Below, one piece after another: positions 12,801-24,404 of a stretch of DNA of 64,000 bases. The position numbers and the translations under genes were made by a program. The stretch's first letter is position 1; every line of letters starts with the position of its first letter. The notes below the pieces were generated by a model. That model had not been told where the DNA came from. It was given only the letters and a program-made list of their open reading frames with translations, and searched no databases. Source of the DNA: an uncultured Planctomycetota bacterium (lineage in GTDB: Bacteria; Planctomycetota; Planctomycetia; Isosphaerales; Isosphaeraceae); NCBI GenBank assembly GCA_963823665.1, contig CAWGMQ010000010.1, positions 2,368,001 through 2,432,000 on the forward strand, in the 5' to 3' direction.

Positions 12801-13068
12801 CGCCGCCACGCAGACGACGAATTTGTTGAATTTCCAGGGGAACGTGATCACGGCAATGCTTGCTTTGACGAATGGCTGGCAGGGTTTCGAGACGACCCGT
12901 TTGATCGTGTACCGCGACATCGGCATCTTGCCTTATGATGAATGGGAGGCTTTCAGTGAACTTTTCCCTTCACAGTACCACGGGCCAATCATTGGCCAAG
13001 CTCCCGGCGGGGGGACAGGATTTACCCCGCCTGCAGAAGCCAGTGCGGCGACGCCTGAGCGCCGGTAA
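9861..13068 (+). CDS. TolC-like outer-membrane efflux lipoprotein (planctomycete type), frameshifted
   Basis: Lipobox-like MGC. Motifs EQVYLAALPVTLQRFSFEPQF, QPLLRGGGRAV.LEPLT..ERNLLYAVR, LQVDQV, AL.YRMDLMN.RA, ERNNFR. First gene of an export operon. Confidence 0.75.
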
Positions 13069-14879
13069 GGTCGTCGGGACGGGCGTATTCGCAGCCGCCT
13101 GCGTGGGAGTGTATTTCCTCGCGACCGTCTCCGGGGTGAGCAAGCCCATCAAGGAGATGTTCATCAGCCCGAACGCGGACATCGTCACGCAGACGGTGCG
13201 GCTGGGCGAGCTGAAGATCACGGTGGTGGAGAAGGGGACGCTCGAATCCTCGAAGAACCAGGATGCGTTCTGCAATGTTGAGGGCGGCACTTCGATCATC
13301 ATGATCAAGCCCGAGGGAACGCAGGTGAAGAAGGACGAATTGGTGTGCGAGCTGGACTCGGCGGCTCTGCGCGACAGCTTGACCAACCAGCAGATCACGA
13401 CCAAAAGTGCCGACGCCAATTTCCGGAACGCGACACTGACGCGCGAGGTGGCCGAGATTGCGGTGAGGGAATACGTGGAGGGCATCTACAAGCAGGACCT
13501 GGCGACGGTCGAGGGGGAGATCAAGCTGGCGGAATCCGAGCTTTCGCGTGCGCTGGATCGCGTCGATTGGGCGCAGCGGATGTTCGTGAAAGGCTACGTT
13601 TCGATGGCCCAGAAGGTGTCGGAAGACCTGGCGCTCAAGAAGGCGCGGTTCTCGCTTGAGCAAGCCCAGAGCAAGAAGAAGGTGCTGGTGGACTACACCA
13701 GAGACAAGACGATCAAGGAGCTCCAGAGCGAGGTGGAGAAGGCGGGTTCGGACGAGCTGGCCAAGAAGGCGACATGGTCGCTCGAGACCAGCAAGGAAAA
13801 GAAGCTCGAGAAGCAGATTGCGGCGTGCAAGATCCTGGCGCCCTCCGACGGGCTGGTGGTGTATGCGAATGATCCCACGCGGGCGTTCATGAGCAACACG
13901 CCGCAGGTTGAGGAAGGGGCTCAGGTGCGGGAGCGGCAGAAGATCTTCTCGCTTCCCGATATTTCGCAGATGCAGGTCAACACCAAAGTGCATGAATCGC
14001 ACATCAACAAGGTGAAGCGCGGCATGAAGGCGAAGATACGGGTCGACGCCTTCTCGAACGAGCTGCTCGAAGGCGAGGTGACGGACGTGGCGGCCTTGCC
14101 CGATACCGCGAGCATTTTCAGCTCGGACATCAAGGTTTACACGACCAAGATCAAGATCTTATCGCCGCTGCCGGGGCTGCGACCTGGCATGAACGCCGAG
14201 GTGACGATCGAGGTGAATCAGCTCGACAAGGTGCTCTCCGTGCCGGTGCTGGCGGTGCTCGAATTCGGCGGCAAGACGTACCTGACCAAGAAAATTGACG
14301 GGCGGTTTGTGCAGACCCCGATCGAGATTGGTGTGTCGAACGAGAAATACGTCGAGGTCAAGAGCGGGGCGAAGGAAGGGGAGATCGTGGCGATGAGCCC
14401 GGTTTCGCTGATGACCGACGATGAAAAGCGTGAAGCGTTCGGGTCGATGGGCAAGCCGACGCTTCGCAACTGGTCGAGGGATGAGACCACCGAGGCTGCG
14501 GTGGCGGCGGCTGGGGCCAACGGCGCCGCCGCGCAGGCCAAGGCGGGCGGTGCCGCGGCCAAGAAGGGAGGAGCGTCGGGGAAAGCGCGAGGCAAGGGCG
14601 AGGCTGCGCGATGGGGGCCGTGTTCGCGAAGATGGCGAACCTGTCGGATGAGGAGCGACAGCAATTGCGGTCGCCCGAAATCTCGCAGGAAGACAGGACG
14701 GCGATCTTGAAAAAGGCTGGGCTAACGGATGAGGAAATCGAGCAGATGGCCCAGATGCGAGCCGTGGCGGTGGTGGCCGGGGAATGGGCGGTCCCGGCGG
14801 TGGTGGTGGACGCGGACGAGGCGGCTTCGGCGGTGGCGGTGGCCCTCCGGGCGGTGGCGACGGAGGGTCTGACCAGTGA
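12935..14879 (+). CDS. Efflux RND/MacA-type periplasmic adaptor subunit with Gly-rich C-terminal tail (start uncertain; frameshifts near 14600-14760)
   Basis: N-terminal TM, lipoyl-like [16 protein letters not shown], long coiled-coil hairpin, [18 protein letters not shown]. Stop TGA overlaps the GTG of the next gene. Confidence 0.85.
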
Positions 14880-15783
14880 TTTCGGACCAGGGACCAGGTG
14901 CGTCGACCGGCAAACCGATAGTGAAGCTGGTCGACGTCACCAAGATCTACGAGATGGGACATGCCGGCGGAGGCGGCGGCTTGCTCGGCCGCCGCAAAGG
15001 TCCGACGACGACGGTGACCGTGCATGCGCTTCGCGGCGTGTCCGTCGATTTCTATCCCGGCGAGTACATCGCGATCATGGGTGCTTCGGGCTCCGGCAAG
15101 AGCACGATGCTCAATTTGCTGGGGTGTCTGGACCGGCCCGACAGACGGGTCGTACTACCTGGGCGGGCGCGACGTGGCCGGGCTGGACGATGACGAGCTA
15201 TCGGAAATCCGGAGCCGTTACCTGGGATTCATCTTTCAGTCTTACAACCTGATCCAGCAGTACACGGTGCTGGAGAACATCCAGCTTCCGCTGACATACC
15301 AGGGAAATGGCGACATCAGCCCGGAGGCGCAGGAGCGGTCGGCCGAAGTCGCCGCGCTGGTCGGCCTGGGCGATCGGCTGGACCATCGTCCATCGCAGCT
15401 TTCCGGCGGCCAGCAGCAGCGCGTCGCGATTGCGCGGTCGCTGATCAACGACCCGTACATCATCCTGGCGGATGAGGCCACGGGTAACCTCGATTCCAAG
15501 ACCAGCCACGAAATCATGGAAGTGCTGGAAAGGCTGAACGACGGCGGCAAGACGATCATCATGGTGACGCACGAGGATGACATCGCTGCCTGTGCCAAAC
15601 GAATTATCAAGATGAGGGACGGCCTGATCATTGACGATTCACCGAGCCCCAGGATGCAGAAGCTGCTGAACGGCGCGGTCGAGCTCCAAAGCCGTAGCCG
15701 ACAGCGAGGACGGAGAGTTGATCACCAACTGGACCGGGCACGAAGCCGAACTCACGGGCCCGAGCGAAGAACTGACCCACTGA
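14876..15783 (+). CDS. ABC transporter ATP-binding protein (MacB/LolD-like), frameshifted near 15140 and 15690
   Basis: Walker [19 protein letters not shown], signature [13 protein letters not shown], Walker [16 protein letters not shown]. Confidence 0.9.
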
Positions 15784-15793
15784 CGAGGATTCC

Positions 15794-17086
15794 ATGGCAC
15801 GCATCTGGCGAGCGCTCAAGCTGGGTATGAAGAGCCTGCTGCTGCATAAACTGCGGTCCGGGCTGACGGTGCTTGGTATCGTCTTCGGTGTCGCCGCGGT
15901 GATTTCGATGCTGGCGATCGCCGAAGGTACGAGCCGTACGGCGCTCGAGCAGATCCGGGCGCTCGGTGCAACGAACATCATCATCCGCTCGGTGAAGCCG
16001 AGCGATGACGCACAAGCCTCCGGCGGCAATCGGCCATCGCAGATTCTCAACTACGGTCTGAAATACGCCGATTTCGATCGGATGGTCGAAACCATACCGA
16101 CGATCCGGAAAGTATTGCCAATCCGGGAGATTCGCAAGCAAATCCGGCGGGGGAGCTACGCATTCGACGGCCGGGTCGTGGGCACGACCGAAGATTACGC
16201 CGACTTCAATCTGCTCGAAGTGGCCCGAGGCCGATTCTTGACCGCGACCGACAACGAGCGGTACGAGAATTTCGCCGTGCTGGCACACGACACCGCGATG
16301 AAGCTCTTCCCGTACGAAGACCCGATCAATCAGACGATCAAGCTCGGGGCGGACTATTACACTGTCGTGGGCGTGACTCAGCAGCGTGAGAGCAAGAATG
16401 CAGCGTCTTCCAAGATCGCCAGCAGCCTGGCATCCCAGGACTTCAACAAAGACGTCTATATTCCGCTCAACACGTGCCGCCTGCGTTTTGGCGAGCGCAT
16501 CATCGACCAGCGCTCAGGGTCTCGGCAGGCCGAAGAGACGCAGCTCACGCAGATCACGATCCAGGTCGGGACGATGGAAGAGGTGCTTCCAACCGTGCCT
16601 TTGATCGAAGCGGCGTATGAGCCCTATCATCCCAAGAAGGACGTGGAAAAGACCGTCCCTTACGACCTTCTGATCCAAGCTCAGAAGCAGGCGAGGCAGT
16701 TCGCCATCATCCTGGGCACGATCGCGGCCATCTCGCTTCTGGTTGGTGGCATCGGAATCATGAACATCATGCTTGCGACCGTGACGGAACGCACCCGCGA
16801 GATCGGCATCCGCCGCGCACTGGGGGCCAAGCGCCGGGATATCACACAGCAGTTCTTGATTGAGACGGTGGTGCTTTCCGGCGTGGGCGGATTGCTGGGT
16901 GTGGCTGTGGGTTTCGCGATTCCGCGAATCATCATTTTCTTCATCAGCGATCAGAAGGCAATCGTGACGTGGACCTCCGTGGCTCTCGCGTTCGGAATCT
17001 CGGTGATTATCGGGATCGCGTTCGGGATTTATCCCGCAAGACGGGCGGCCTTGATGGACCCGATCGAGGCGCTCCGCCACGAGTAG
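15794..17086 (+). CDS. ABC transporter permease (MacB/FtsX family)
   Basis: LRSGLTVLGIVFGVAAVI, ISLLVGGIGIMNIMLATVTERTREIGIRRALGA, YPARRAA.MDPIEALRHE. Confidence 0.95.
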   Translation: MARIWRALKLGMKSLLLHKLRSGLTVLGIVFGVAAVISMLAIAEGTSRTALEQIRALGATNIIIRSVKPSDDAQASGGNRPSQILNYGLKYADFDRMVETIPTIRKVLPIREIRKQIRRGSYAFDGRVVGTTEDYADFNLLEVARGRFLTATDNERYENFAVLAHDTAMKLFPYEDPINQTIKLGADYYTVVGVTQQRESKNAASSKIASSLASQDFNKDVYIPLNTCRLRFGERIIDQRSGSRQAEETQLTQITIQVGTMEEVLPTVPLIEAAYEPYHPKKDVEKTVPYDLLIQAQKQARQFAIILGTIAAISLLVGGIGIMNIMLATVTERTREIGIRRALGAKRRDITQQFLIETVVLSGVGGLLGVAVGFAIPRIIIFFISDQKAIVTWTSVALAFGISVIIGIAFGIYPARRAALMDPIEALRHE

Positions 17087-17141
17087 GCTGAGCTCCAGCG
17101 GTGCGCTGTTCGGTCAACCCAGCGCATGGCTTCACTTGGGC

Positions 17142-17170
17142 TTGCGTCACGCCGGGCTTCTGGCTAGGCT
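17142..17170 (+). promoter_or_regulatory. Candidate sigma70 promoter upstream of greA
   Basis: TTGCGT (17142-47), 17 bp spacer, TAGGCT (17165-70). Confidence 0.45.
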
Positions 17171-17193
17171 TGAGAGATCACAAGAGGCGGTTG

Positions 17194-17234
17194 ACCGCGG
17201 CTCTGGGAGGTCCCTGGCCGCGGTTTTTGTTCTT
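17194..17234 (+). terminator. Intrinsic terminator-like hairpin between the ABC operon and greA
   Basis: Stem ACCGCGGC (17194-17201) / GCCGCGGT (17217-17224) followed by TTTTGTTCTT. Confidence 0.65.
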
Positions 17235-17305
17235 GTTGGCATTCACAACGGCCTGAGCGCATTCACAAGAGCACTTCGGCCCAGGGGGACGTGGAGTAGA
17301 GCCGG

Positions 17306-17785
17306 ATGCCCAACGACCGAATTCCGATGTCGAAGGAAGGCTACGAGAAGAAGAAGGCCCAGCTCGACGCGATGAAAAACGACGAAATGCCGCGAATCGC
17401 CGAACAAATCGCCCAGGCCCGCGGATACGGCGACCTCTCCGAAAACGCTGAGTTTGACGCGGCCGTCGAGGCGCAGGGCATGCTTCAAGCCCGCATCAAC
17501 GACCTGCAGAACTTGCTCGGGCTAGCGTACATCGTGGAGAAGTCAAACCTTCCCACCGATCGTGTCGTCTATGGGTCGAAGGTGCGTGTTCTCGATCTCT
17601 CGCTGAACGAGGAGGAAGACTTCATTCTCGTCGGTCCCGGCGAAGAGGACTACGACCAGAACAAGATCCTGCTCTCCAGCCCGATCGGTCAGGGGCTGGT
17701 GGGTAAGAAAGTCGGCGAAAAAGCCGAGATTCAGATTCCCCGAGGCGTGCTCAAGCTCAAGATCCTCGAGATCGGCACTGCTTGA
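17306..17785 (+). CDS. greA: Transcription elongation factor GreA
   Basis: AR.YGDLSENAEFDAA, RI.DL, V.YGSKV, SPIGQGLVGKKVGE; 159 aa. Confidence 0.95.
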   Translation: MPNDRIPMSKEGYEKKKAQLDAMKNDEMPRIAEQIAQARGYGDLSENAEFDAAVEAQGMLQARINDLQNLLGLAYIVEKSNLPTDRVVYGSKVRVLDLSLNEEEDFILVGPGEEDYDQNKILLSSPIGQGLVGKKVGEKAEIQIPRGVLKLKILEIGTA

Positions 17786-17800
17786 AACTTTTTGAACGCG

Positions 17801-18559
17801 CTACTGGCTAAGGGCAACCGCCAGCCCTTCGTCCGCCCACCATGTGGGAACCGGGGCGATGAGGATCAATTCACGGCCGCTGGTCGGATGCTTGAGCGTG
17901 AGCGAACGTGCATGAAGAGCAATGCGATCCGCATCGGCGAATGGTCGGCTCGCGCCGTAGGTGACGTCGCCGAGTATGGGCGTTCCTCGCCGGGCGGCCT
18001 GAATGCGCAACTGGTGGGTTCGCCCGGTCTGAGGCCACAGCCGCAGCCAAGAGCAGCCTACCGGCAATGAAGAAGCGGCCGTGCTGAGACAGACGTGTGT
18101 AAGGGCGTCCCTCGCACCTCGTGTTTCCCGATCGACCGCACTCACGCAGCCGGTCTCGTCAGCTCGCGTGAGCCAGTCGTGCCACACAGTTTTATCCTGT
18201 TGCTCACCAGCGCAGGCGAATTCGGGAGTGGCTTCGCGCGGCGTTTGAGTCGACGCGGTCGACTCCACAATCGCCCAGTATTCCTTGAGGACCAGCCGCT
18301 TCTGAAATTGAATCGAGAGCCGCCGGGCCGCTTTCTCGGTCTTGGCCCAGAGAATGACGCCCGAAGTGGGCCGATCGAGGCGGTGCACGAAGCCGATGTA
18401 TGCCGCGTGCGGATCGCCGGGATGAAGGTAGCGGCGCACCGCCGTTTCGAGCGTACTCTGACCTTTCGGCGCCCAGGCACCCTGAGAGAACTGCCCGGCC
18501 GGCTTGGCCAGCGCCAGGCAGTGGTCATCCTCGAACAGGATCGTCAGGGATTCGTCCAA
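17801..18559 (-). CDS. RluA family RNA pseudouridine synthase
   Basis: KPAG, HRLDRPTSGVILWAK catalytic motif, TGRTHQLRIQ, PILGD.TYG, LHA..L...HP. Confidence 0.92.
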   Translation of the reverse strand: MDESLTILFEDDHCLALAKPAGQFSQGAWAPKGQSTLETAVRRYLHPGDPHAAYIGFVHRLDRPTSGVILWAKTEKAARRLSIQFQKRLVLKEYWAIVESTASTQTPREATPEFACAGEQQDKTVWHDWLTRADETGCVSAVDRETRGARDALTHVCLSTAASSLPVGCSWLRLWPQTGRTHQLRIQAARRGTPILGDVTYGASRPFADADRIALHARSLTLKHPTSGRELILIAPVPTWWADEGLAVALSQ

Positions 18560-18662
18560 GTGCCGCTTGAGCCTTGCAATGACAGTCCGGCCTCAACACC
18601 GGAGTACGACGAAACAAGCTCGTCGCGCTTCGTATCGGATGGAGGCCGATCTTGCGACCGCG

Positions 18663-19004
18663 TTACTGGCTGGGCAGGCCGCCGGCGGTTCCGGCCGGGC
18701 CGTACCGATTGTTCGTTGGCAAGTTGAGCGGGCTCGTGTTCGGCGTGGGCGTTCCGAACTGCGGTGCCCCAGAGCCAGCGGCCGCGTTCGGGTCAGACGG
18801 GTAACCCTGGTACTGCCCGACCGACGTGCTGGGGTGCGGATCCGAGTTGAACCCGACCGCAGGCGAATTGCCATTGGTCGAGAACGGTTTGCCTTTGGGA
18901 ACGTCATTGTGCATGCTGCGGCAGCCGGATGCGGTCAAGACGAAGCCCAAGGCCAGGGTAAAACACCCTCCGACCATCACGCGACTGAGTCGATCCATCG
19001 ACAT
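18663..19004 (-). CDS. Small Pro/Gly-rich hypothetical lipoprotein
   Basis: Signal peptide with lipobox LTASGC; GAGGAG RBS; low-complexity mature part. Confidence 0.65.
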   Translation of the reverse strand: MSMDRLSRVMVGGCFTLALGFVLTASGCRSMHNDVPKGKPFSTNGNSPAVGFNSDPHPSTSVGQYQGYPSDPNAAAGSGAPQFGTPTPNTSPLNLPTNNRYGPAGTAGGLPSQ

Positions 19005-19279
19005 GAACTCCTCGTTCCTTGGCGCTCGATACCACCTGGCATCAAGGCGAAAAATGAGCCTACGAATGGTTTCACGGCGGCGCCGACAACCGGCCCGCTG
19101 CCGTACCAGCACTTCCAGAATGGAAGGATGAGAGCGATTCGAGCTGAAGCGAAACGTGAAGAAACGGGAGACCTGGTGCTGCGGAAGGACGCAGAATCCT
19201 CCCGCAGCGCCGGCATGATAGCGACTCAAACGTCGCGGTCAAGCGCAAAGGCCAAAAGTCCCGCACGTTTCGCGCGAGT

Positions 19280-19898
19280 TCACTTTTTCGCGGCTGAAAA
19301 CCGCCGGCCGATCTCGTCCCAGTTGAGTGTGTTCCACCAGGCGGTGATGTAATCCGCGCGGCGATTCTGATACTTCAGGTAGTAAGCATGCTCCCAAACA
19401 TCGATACCCATCAGTGGAGTGGTGCCATCCATGATGGGGCTGTCCTGGTTTGGCGTGGAGATGACAGCGAGTTTCTTGTCTTTGCCGAGGATCAGCCAAC
19501 CCCAGCCAGAGCCGAAGCGACCGAGTGCGGCCTTTGCCCAGGGCTTCCTTGAACGCGGCAAGGCCACCCAGGTCGGACGTGATTGCCTGCTCGAGGGCAC
19601 CGGTGGGATCGCCGCCGCCGCCGGGCTTCATGATCTGCCAGAACAGCGAGTGGTTGGCGTGGCCGCCGCCGTTGTTTCGGACGGCCGTCCTGATGGCGTC
19701 AGGAATGGCGTCAAGGTTGGCGATCAGGTCGTCGATGGGTTTGCCCTGGAGTTGCGGATGATCTTTGAGCGCGTTGTTCAGATTCGTGATATACGCTTGG
19801 TGATGTTTCGTATGATGGATCTCCATCGTCTTGGCGTCGATGTGCGGCTCGAGCGCGCCGAGATCGTAAGGGAGAGGCGGCAAGGTGTATTCGGCCAT
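19280..19898 (-). CDS. sodA: Superoxide dismutase, Mn/Fe family (Mn-type signature), frameshifted near 19540
   Basis: [63 protein letters not shown]. Confidence 0.95.
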
Positions 19899-20008
19899 GG
19901 TTCTGTCCTCAACAGTGCGAGTTTGATGAAAAAGCGAGACTTCGGGCACCGGCAGGGCCAGTGGCACGCCGTCAGTGTAAAGCGAATGGCGCGCCGAAGG
20001 AAGGGACT

Positions 20009-22175
20009 ATGAGAAGACAAAGGGCGGAGGCTGGAGCTCGAGATCCGTACTCGGCATTTATTCGCATGCAAAGCGAGTCCGCCGCGACACGGCGGGGACT
20101 TCCACCGGCGACACGGAGTGGCTGGGAGGAGCGTTTCAAGCAGGTGCGAGCAGGGCTTGCGCGTGCCTTCGGGCGCATGCCCGACCCCCCGTGCCCGCTC
20201 GACCCGGATGTGCTGGGTACGCTGCTTCGCCCCGGATACGCAATCGAGCGCGTGACGTTCCAGAGCGAGGCCGGGGGTCCGCGTCACGGCCAATCTTTAC
20301 CGTCCAGACCCGGTGAACCAACCGTGCCCCGCGGTACTTTCAGTGCACGGACACTGGGCCTGGGCTCGCATGGACATTCACGTACAGCCTCGGTGTATCG
20401 CCCTGGCAAAGCTGGGTTACGTTGTTCTCTGCGTCGACGCCTTCGGCGCGGGCGAGAGGGCGATTGATCCCGGTCCGGGAACTTACCACGGTGGATTGAT
20501 CGGGGCATCTCTCCTTCCAGTCGGCACGCCACTGATCGGCCTTGCAAGTCAATGACAACCGGCGAGCAGTCGATTACCTCATCTCGCGTTCCGACGTCGA
20601 TGCGAGCAAGCTGGCTGTCACCGGTGCATCCGGAGGAGGCAACCAGACGCTCTACGCAGGCGCGACCGACGAGCGATTTAAGGCCGTGATCCCGGTGTGC
20701 GGCATCGGGACATACGACACCTACTTGAGCGCGGCTTGCTGTGTGTGCGAGATCAACTCCGGCGGTGCCGTCTTCGCCACCACTGGCGATCTGCTCGCGA
20801 TGGTGGCGCCGCGGGCACTCCTGGTGATCAGCGCAGAACGCGACGCGCTTCAGTTCAGCGTCGGCGAGGCCTCCAAGAGCGTGGCGCAGGCACGACAGCG
20901 ATTTCGCTTGCTCGGGGCGGAGGAAAAAATCCGCCATCTCGCTGTCGACTCCGACCACGACTACAACGCGCCGATGCGCGAGGCGATGTACGGCTGGGTT
21001 GAGAAATGGCTGGGCGGCCGCGGCGACGGAGATCCGATCAAGGAACCCGAGGTTCAGGTGGAGGCGATCGACTCGCTTCGCTGTTATCCCGACGGCCCGT
21101 CGCGCCCAAAGACGATCGTGACGATCCCTGAATTCGCCCACGAGGAAGGCATGAAACGACTGGCGGCGCTGCCCGCAGCCTCCGGACCACAAGGAGCATT
21201 GGAAAGCGGAGGCCGAGAGATTGCGCTTCGGCCTGAAGAACGACGTGCTCGGCTGGCTTCCCGCCGCGCGGAGTCGCTCGCGTGCCAGGTCGTTCGCCGG
21301 CAACGAAAGCCTGTCGTATCGCATCACGACGGAACGCGGCATCCACTCCACGGGTGAAGCGATCATTCCCGCCGGAACTCGGGGCCGACCATGGCACGGT
21401 CGTCATCGCCATCCCATCGTCGAAAGATCCAGCCGACTTCGAGCCAATCCGTCACCGAGCAGGCGCGATCGTGGCATAAGAGCGGGTTTGCCACGCTCAC
21501 GGTCGCCGACTCTCGCTTCACCGCCGCTCGACGTGAGCAACGTCGCACCCGTGGCCGGGGTCGCCGACCATAATCCGGCGGAATGGGGATTATGGGTAAA
21601 TCGGCCGCTGCTCGGCCAGTGGACCTGGGATCTCATCCGTTGGCTCGACTTTCTGGACGAACAGGCCCGGAATGTGGATCGCGAGGGAGGCAGGGGTGGA
21701 AGCCAGCAGCGGCCGTACGTCTTGCTCGGACTGGGAGCGATGAGCCGTGCCGGCGCTCTTTGCGGGAGGGTTGGATCCGCGTGTTGCCGGAGTGGCTTGC
21801 GAGCGATGCCTTGTCAGCTACGTCGGTCTCGAAGGGAAGCCGTGGTCCGGACATCCGATGGGACTGCTGGCACCTAACATCCTGGAGCTAGGCGACATCA
21901 GCCATTTCGCGGCTCTCCTCGCGCCTCGACCGTTTGTGCTGACGAGCGCGGTCGAGCCAGACGGACAACCATCGACGCCCGAGAGAATTCGGGGGGCCTT
22001 CGAATTCACGGAGCGGATCTACCGGTTGCTCGGCGCCGCGGATCGGTTAGCTCTGGGCACACGAGTCGACTCGCGGAAGGTACTCGGGCGCCGTGAACGC
22101 GGCGGTCCGGCGTTACGCCCCAGACCGCGTCCCGACTTTTGGCGTCCGGCGGTGGCCGGTTTGACGCTGAGATAG
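20009..22175 (+). CDS. Two-domain alpha/beta hydrolase (acetylxylan esterase / dienelactone hydrolase-like), several frameshifts
   Basis: IERVTFQS, P.VL.VHGH, GAGER, DNRRAVDYL.SR.DVD, nucleophile motif TGASGGG, APRALL, HDYN; second domain with G.WTWDL and LLAPRP. Confidence 0.75.
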
Positions 22176-22321
22176 GGAGAGGAACGTGGTTCGGCAGAGA
22201 AGGCACTTAATCACGAGCAAGGCACGTTGGCCAATTGAAGTTAGGACATTTCTGCCGATAATGGACTGGTCGAGCGCGGCTCGACAACTTGACGACGAAC
22301 GACGACTGACGGGGTTCCCGT

Positions 22322-24370
22322 ATGCCCGCCGAAGCTGAAAAGATTGATTTCGCGCCGATAGAGATCCCGCGGGTGCGCCGGTCGGCCTGGGGCATCGTGA
22401 AAATTGCCCTGGTCTTGGCGGTCATTGGTGGGGCTGTCGCCGCGTGGCAGTTGGGATATTTGCCGCGATTGATGGGCCGGCAGGCTCGGCCAATCTTCCG
22501 CTTGGTCGAAGTCGATCGCGGCGACATCAACATTTCGGTGGTGGAGACGGGTACGGTCGAAAGCGCCAACAATGCGACGATTCGCTGCCATGTCGAAGCG
22601 ATTCTGGGGGCCGTGGGCGGCAGTCAGGGGTCCGGTTCGGGTAAAGCCGGGGGAGCAGGCGCAGGCGGTCAGGCTGGTGGCGGAGCGGCGGGGGGCGCCG
22701 CAGGCGCTGCGGGAGCTGGAGGCTCGGGTGGCGCGCAGCAGACGACGGCGAAGGCCAAGACGACCAAGAAAGCTGGGGCGTCAGGTTCGGCTAAGACTGC
22801 GGCGAGCAGCGGAGCGAGCAAGTCGGCGAGCGGCAGTTCCTCGACAGCCGCCGGTGGCACGTCCGCGACGTCAACCACTGCTTCTTCGAGCGGAACCACG
22901 TCGAGCTCATCCACTGGAGCAACCACGACCAGTTCGAAGCCCGTGATCCGCAGTTTCACGTACGCGGTCGTTCAGTACATGCCGCTCAGACCGGTGACGA
23001 CGAAGGCGGTTGACACGACAGCTCAGAAAAAAGCCACCCAGGGCGGTGGCGGCGGCGGTGGCGGCGGCGGCGGCGGCGGGCGCGGCGGCGGAGGCGGGGG
23101 TGGCCGTGGCGGCGGAGGCGGAGGAGGCGGCGGGCGCGGTGGCATGTTCCAGATGGACGAGTCTCCGGGCTCGACCTCCATCGTTTATCTCATTGCAGAA
23201 GGCAGCCACGTCAAGGCTGGCGAGCTGCTCTGCAAGCTTGATTCGTCCGCTTTCGAGGATGAGGAACAGGCTCAGCTCATCCGTTATCACCAGGCTGAAG
23301 CGTACGTGATACAGGCCCGCAGCGCCCTTGAAGTTGCCAAGATCAGCCTGCGGGAATATCGCGATGGGATTTATCCGTCGGACGTTCAGCTTGTCAAACA
23401 GTATACCGAGGCCTGCGAGCTCGATCGCGATCGGTTGAGCCGCGCCGCCATCTGGTCGCGTGATATGCTGAAAAAGGGCTATCGCACCCTCAATCAGGTC
23501 AAAGGTGATGAAAAGGCCCTCGAGCAAACCGAGATCGCTCTTGGCGAAGCTCAGAACATGATGGAACGGCTTGTGAAACAGACCGGGCCGAAGGTGCTCA
23601 AGTCTCTCGAGGCAAATGTGAAGGCGATCGAGGCCGACAAGCTTACGCAGGACGCGTCGTTCAATCTCGAGCAGCAACGGCTCGAGCGCATTCGCAAGAA
23701 TATCAAGAATTGCACACTTCACGCCCCGTCTGACGGGATCGTCGTTTACGTCAATCAAACCAATCGATTCGGAATGGTGACGGCACCAATCGCCGAAGGC
23801 GTGACCGTGCGGCAGGACCAGCCGATCATCAATCTGCCCGATCCCCTGCACATGAGGGTGAAGGCCAGAATCAACGAGTCCAAGCTCTCGTTCATACAGA
23901 CCGGCCTGGTGGCTCGAATCGTGGTTGATGCCTTCCGGGAACGGCCGCTCAAAGGCCGCGTCAGCGAAGTCACCGCAATCAATACACCCTTGAACGCCTC
24001 CGACGTCCGTGTCTACTACGCCAACGTCGACATCGCTCAGGGATTCGCTGATCTTCGTCCAGGCTTGAGTGCCGAGGTGACCTTCCTCGTGGATTCTCGC
24101 CAGAACGTGACGCGGGTTCCGCTCGAGGCGGTCCGGTGGATCAACGAACGGGGCTATGTCGCGCTCTATGAACCTTCCGCGAAGGACACTCATAAGAATT
24201 GGCGCTGGAAGGAAGTCCACATCGGTCTCAGCGACTGGCATTACGCTGAAGTCTTGAGCGGCCTTGAGCCAGGAGACCGCATCGTGGCCGCACCGCGCGA
24301 GCTACTACCCGCTCCTGCGCCATCCTCCGCCGATGCTGCGCCGACCACCGTTGCCGATGTGAATCCCTGA
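22322..24370 (+). CDS. Efflux RND periplasmic adaptor subunit with large low-complexity insertion
   Basis: TM anchor, V.RGDI...VVETGTVESA, AEGSHVKAGELLCKLD, coiled coil, APSDGIVVY, LRPGLSAEV; paralogous to 12935..14879. Confidence 0.85.
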   Translation: MPAEAEKIDFAPIEIPRVRRSAWGIVKIALVLAVIGGAVAAWQLGYLPRLMGRQARPIFRLVEVDRGDINISVVETGTVESANNATIRCHVEAILGAVGGSQGSGSGKAGGAGAGGQAGGGAAGGAAGAAGAGGSGGAQQTTAKAKTTKKAGASGSAKTAASSGASKSASGSSSTAAGGTSATSTTASSSGTTSSSSTGATTTSSKPVIRSFTYAVVQYMPLRPVTTKAVDTTAQKKATQGGGGGGGGGGGGGRGGGGGGGRGGGGGGGGGRGGMFQMDESPGSTSIVYLIAEGSHVKAGELLCKLDSSAFEDEEQAQLIRYHQAEAYVIQARSALEVAKISLREYRDGIYPSDVQLVKQYTEACELDRDRLSRAAIWSRDMLKKGYRTLNQVKGDEKALEQTEIALGEAQNMMERLVKQTGPKVLKSLEANVKAIEADKLTQDASFNLEQQRLERIRKNIKNCTLHAPSDGIVVYVNQTNRFGMVTAPIAEGVTVRQDQPIINLPDPLHMRVKARINESKLSFIQTGLVARIVVDAFRERPLKGRVSEVTAINTPLNASDVRVYYANVDIAQGFADLRPGLSAEVTFLVDSRQNVTRVPLEAVRWINERGYVALYEPSAKDTHKNWRWKEVHIGLSDWHYAEVLSGLEPGDRIVAAPRELLPAPAPSSADAAPTTVADVNP

Positions 24371-24404
24371 ACGATCCTCACTCGAGCTTTCGCAGCGTTC
24401 GCGT

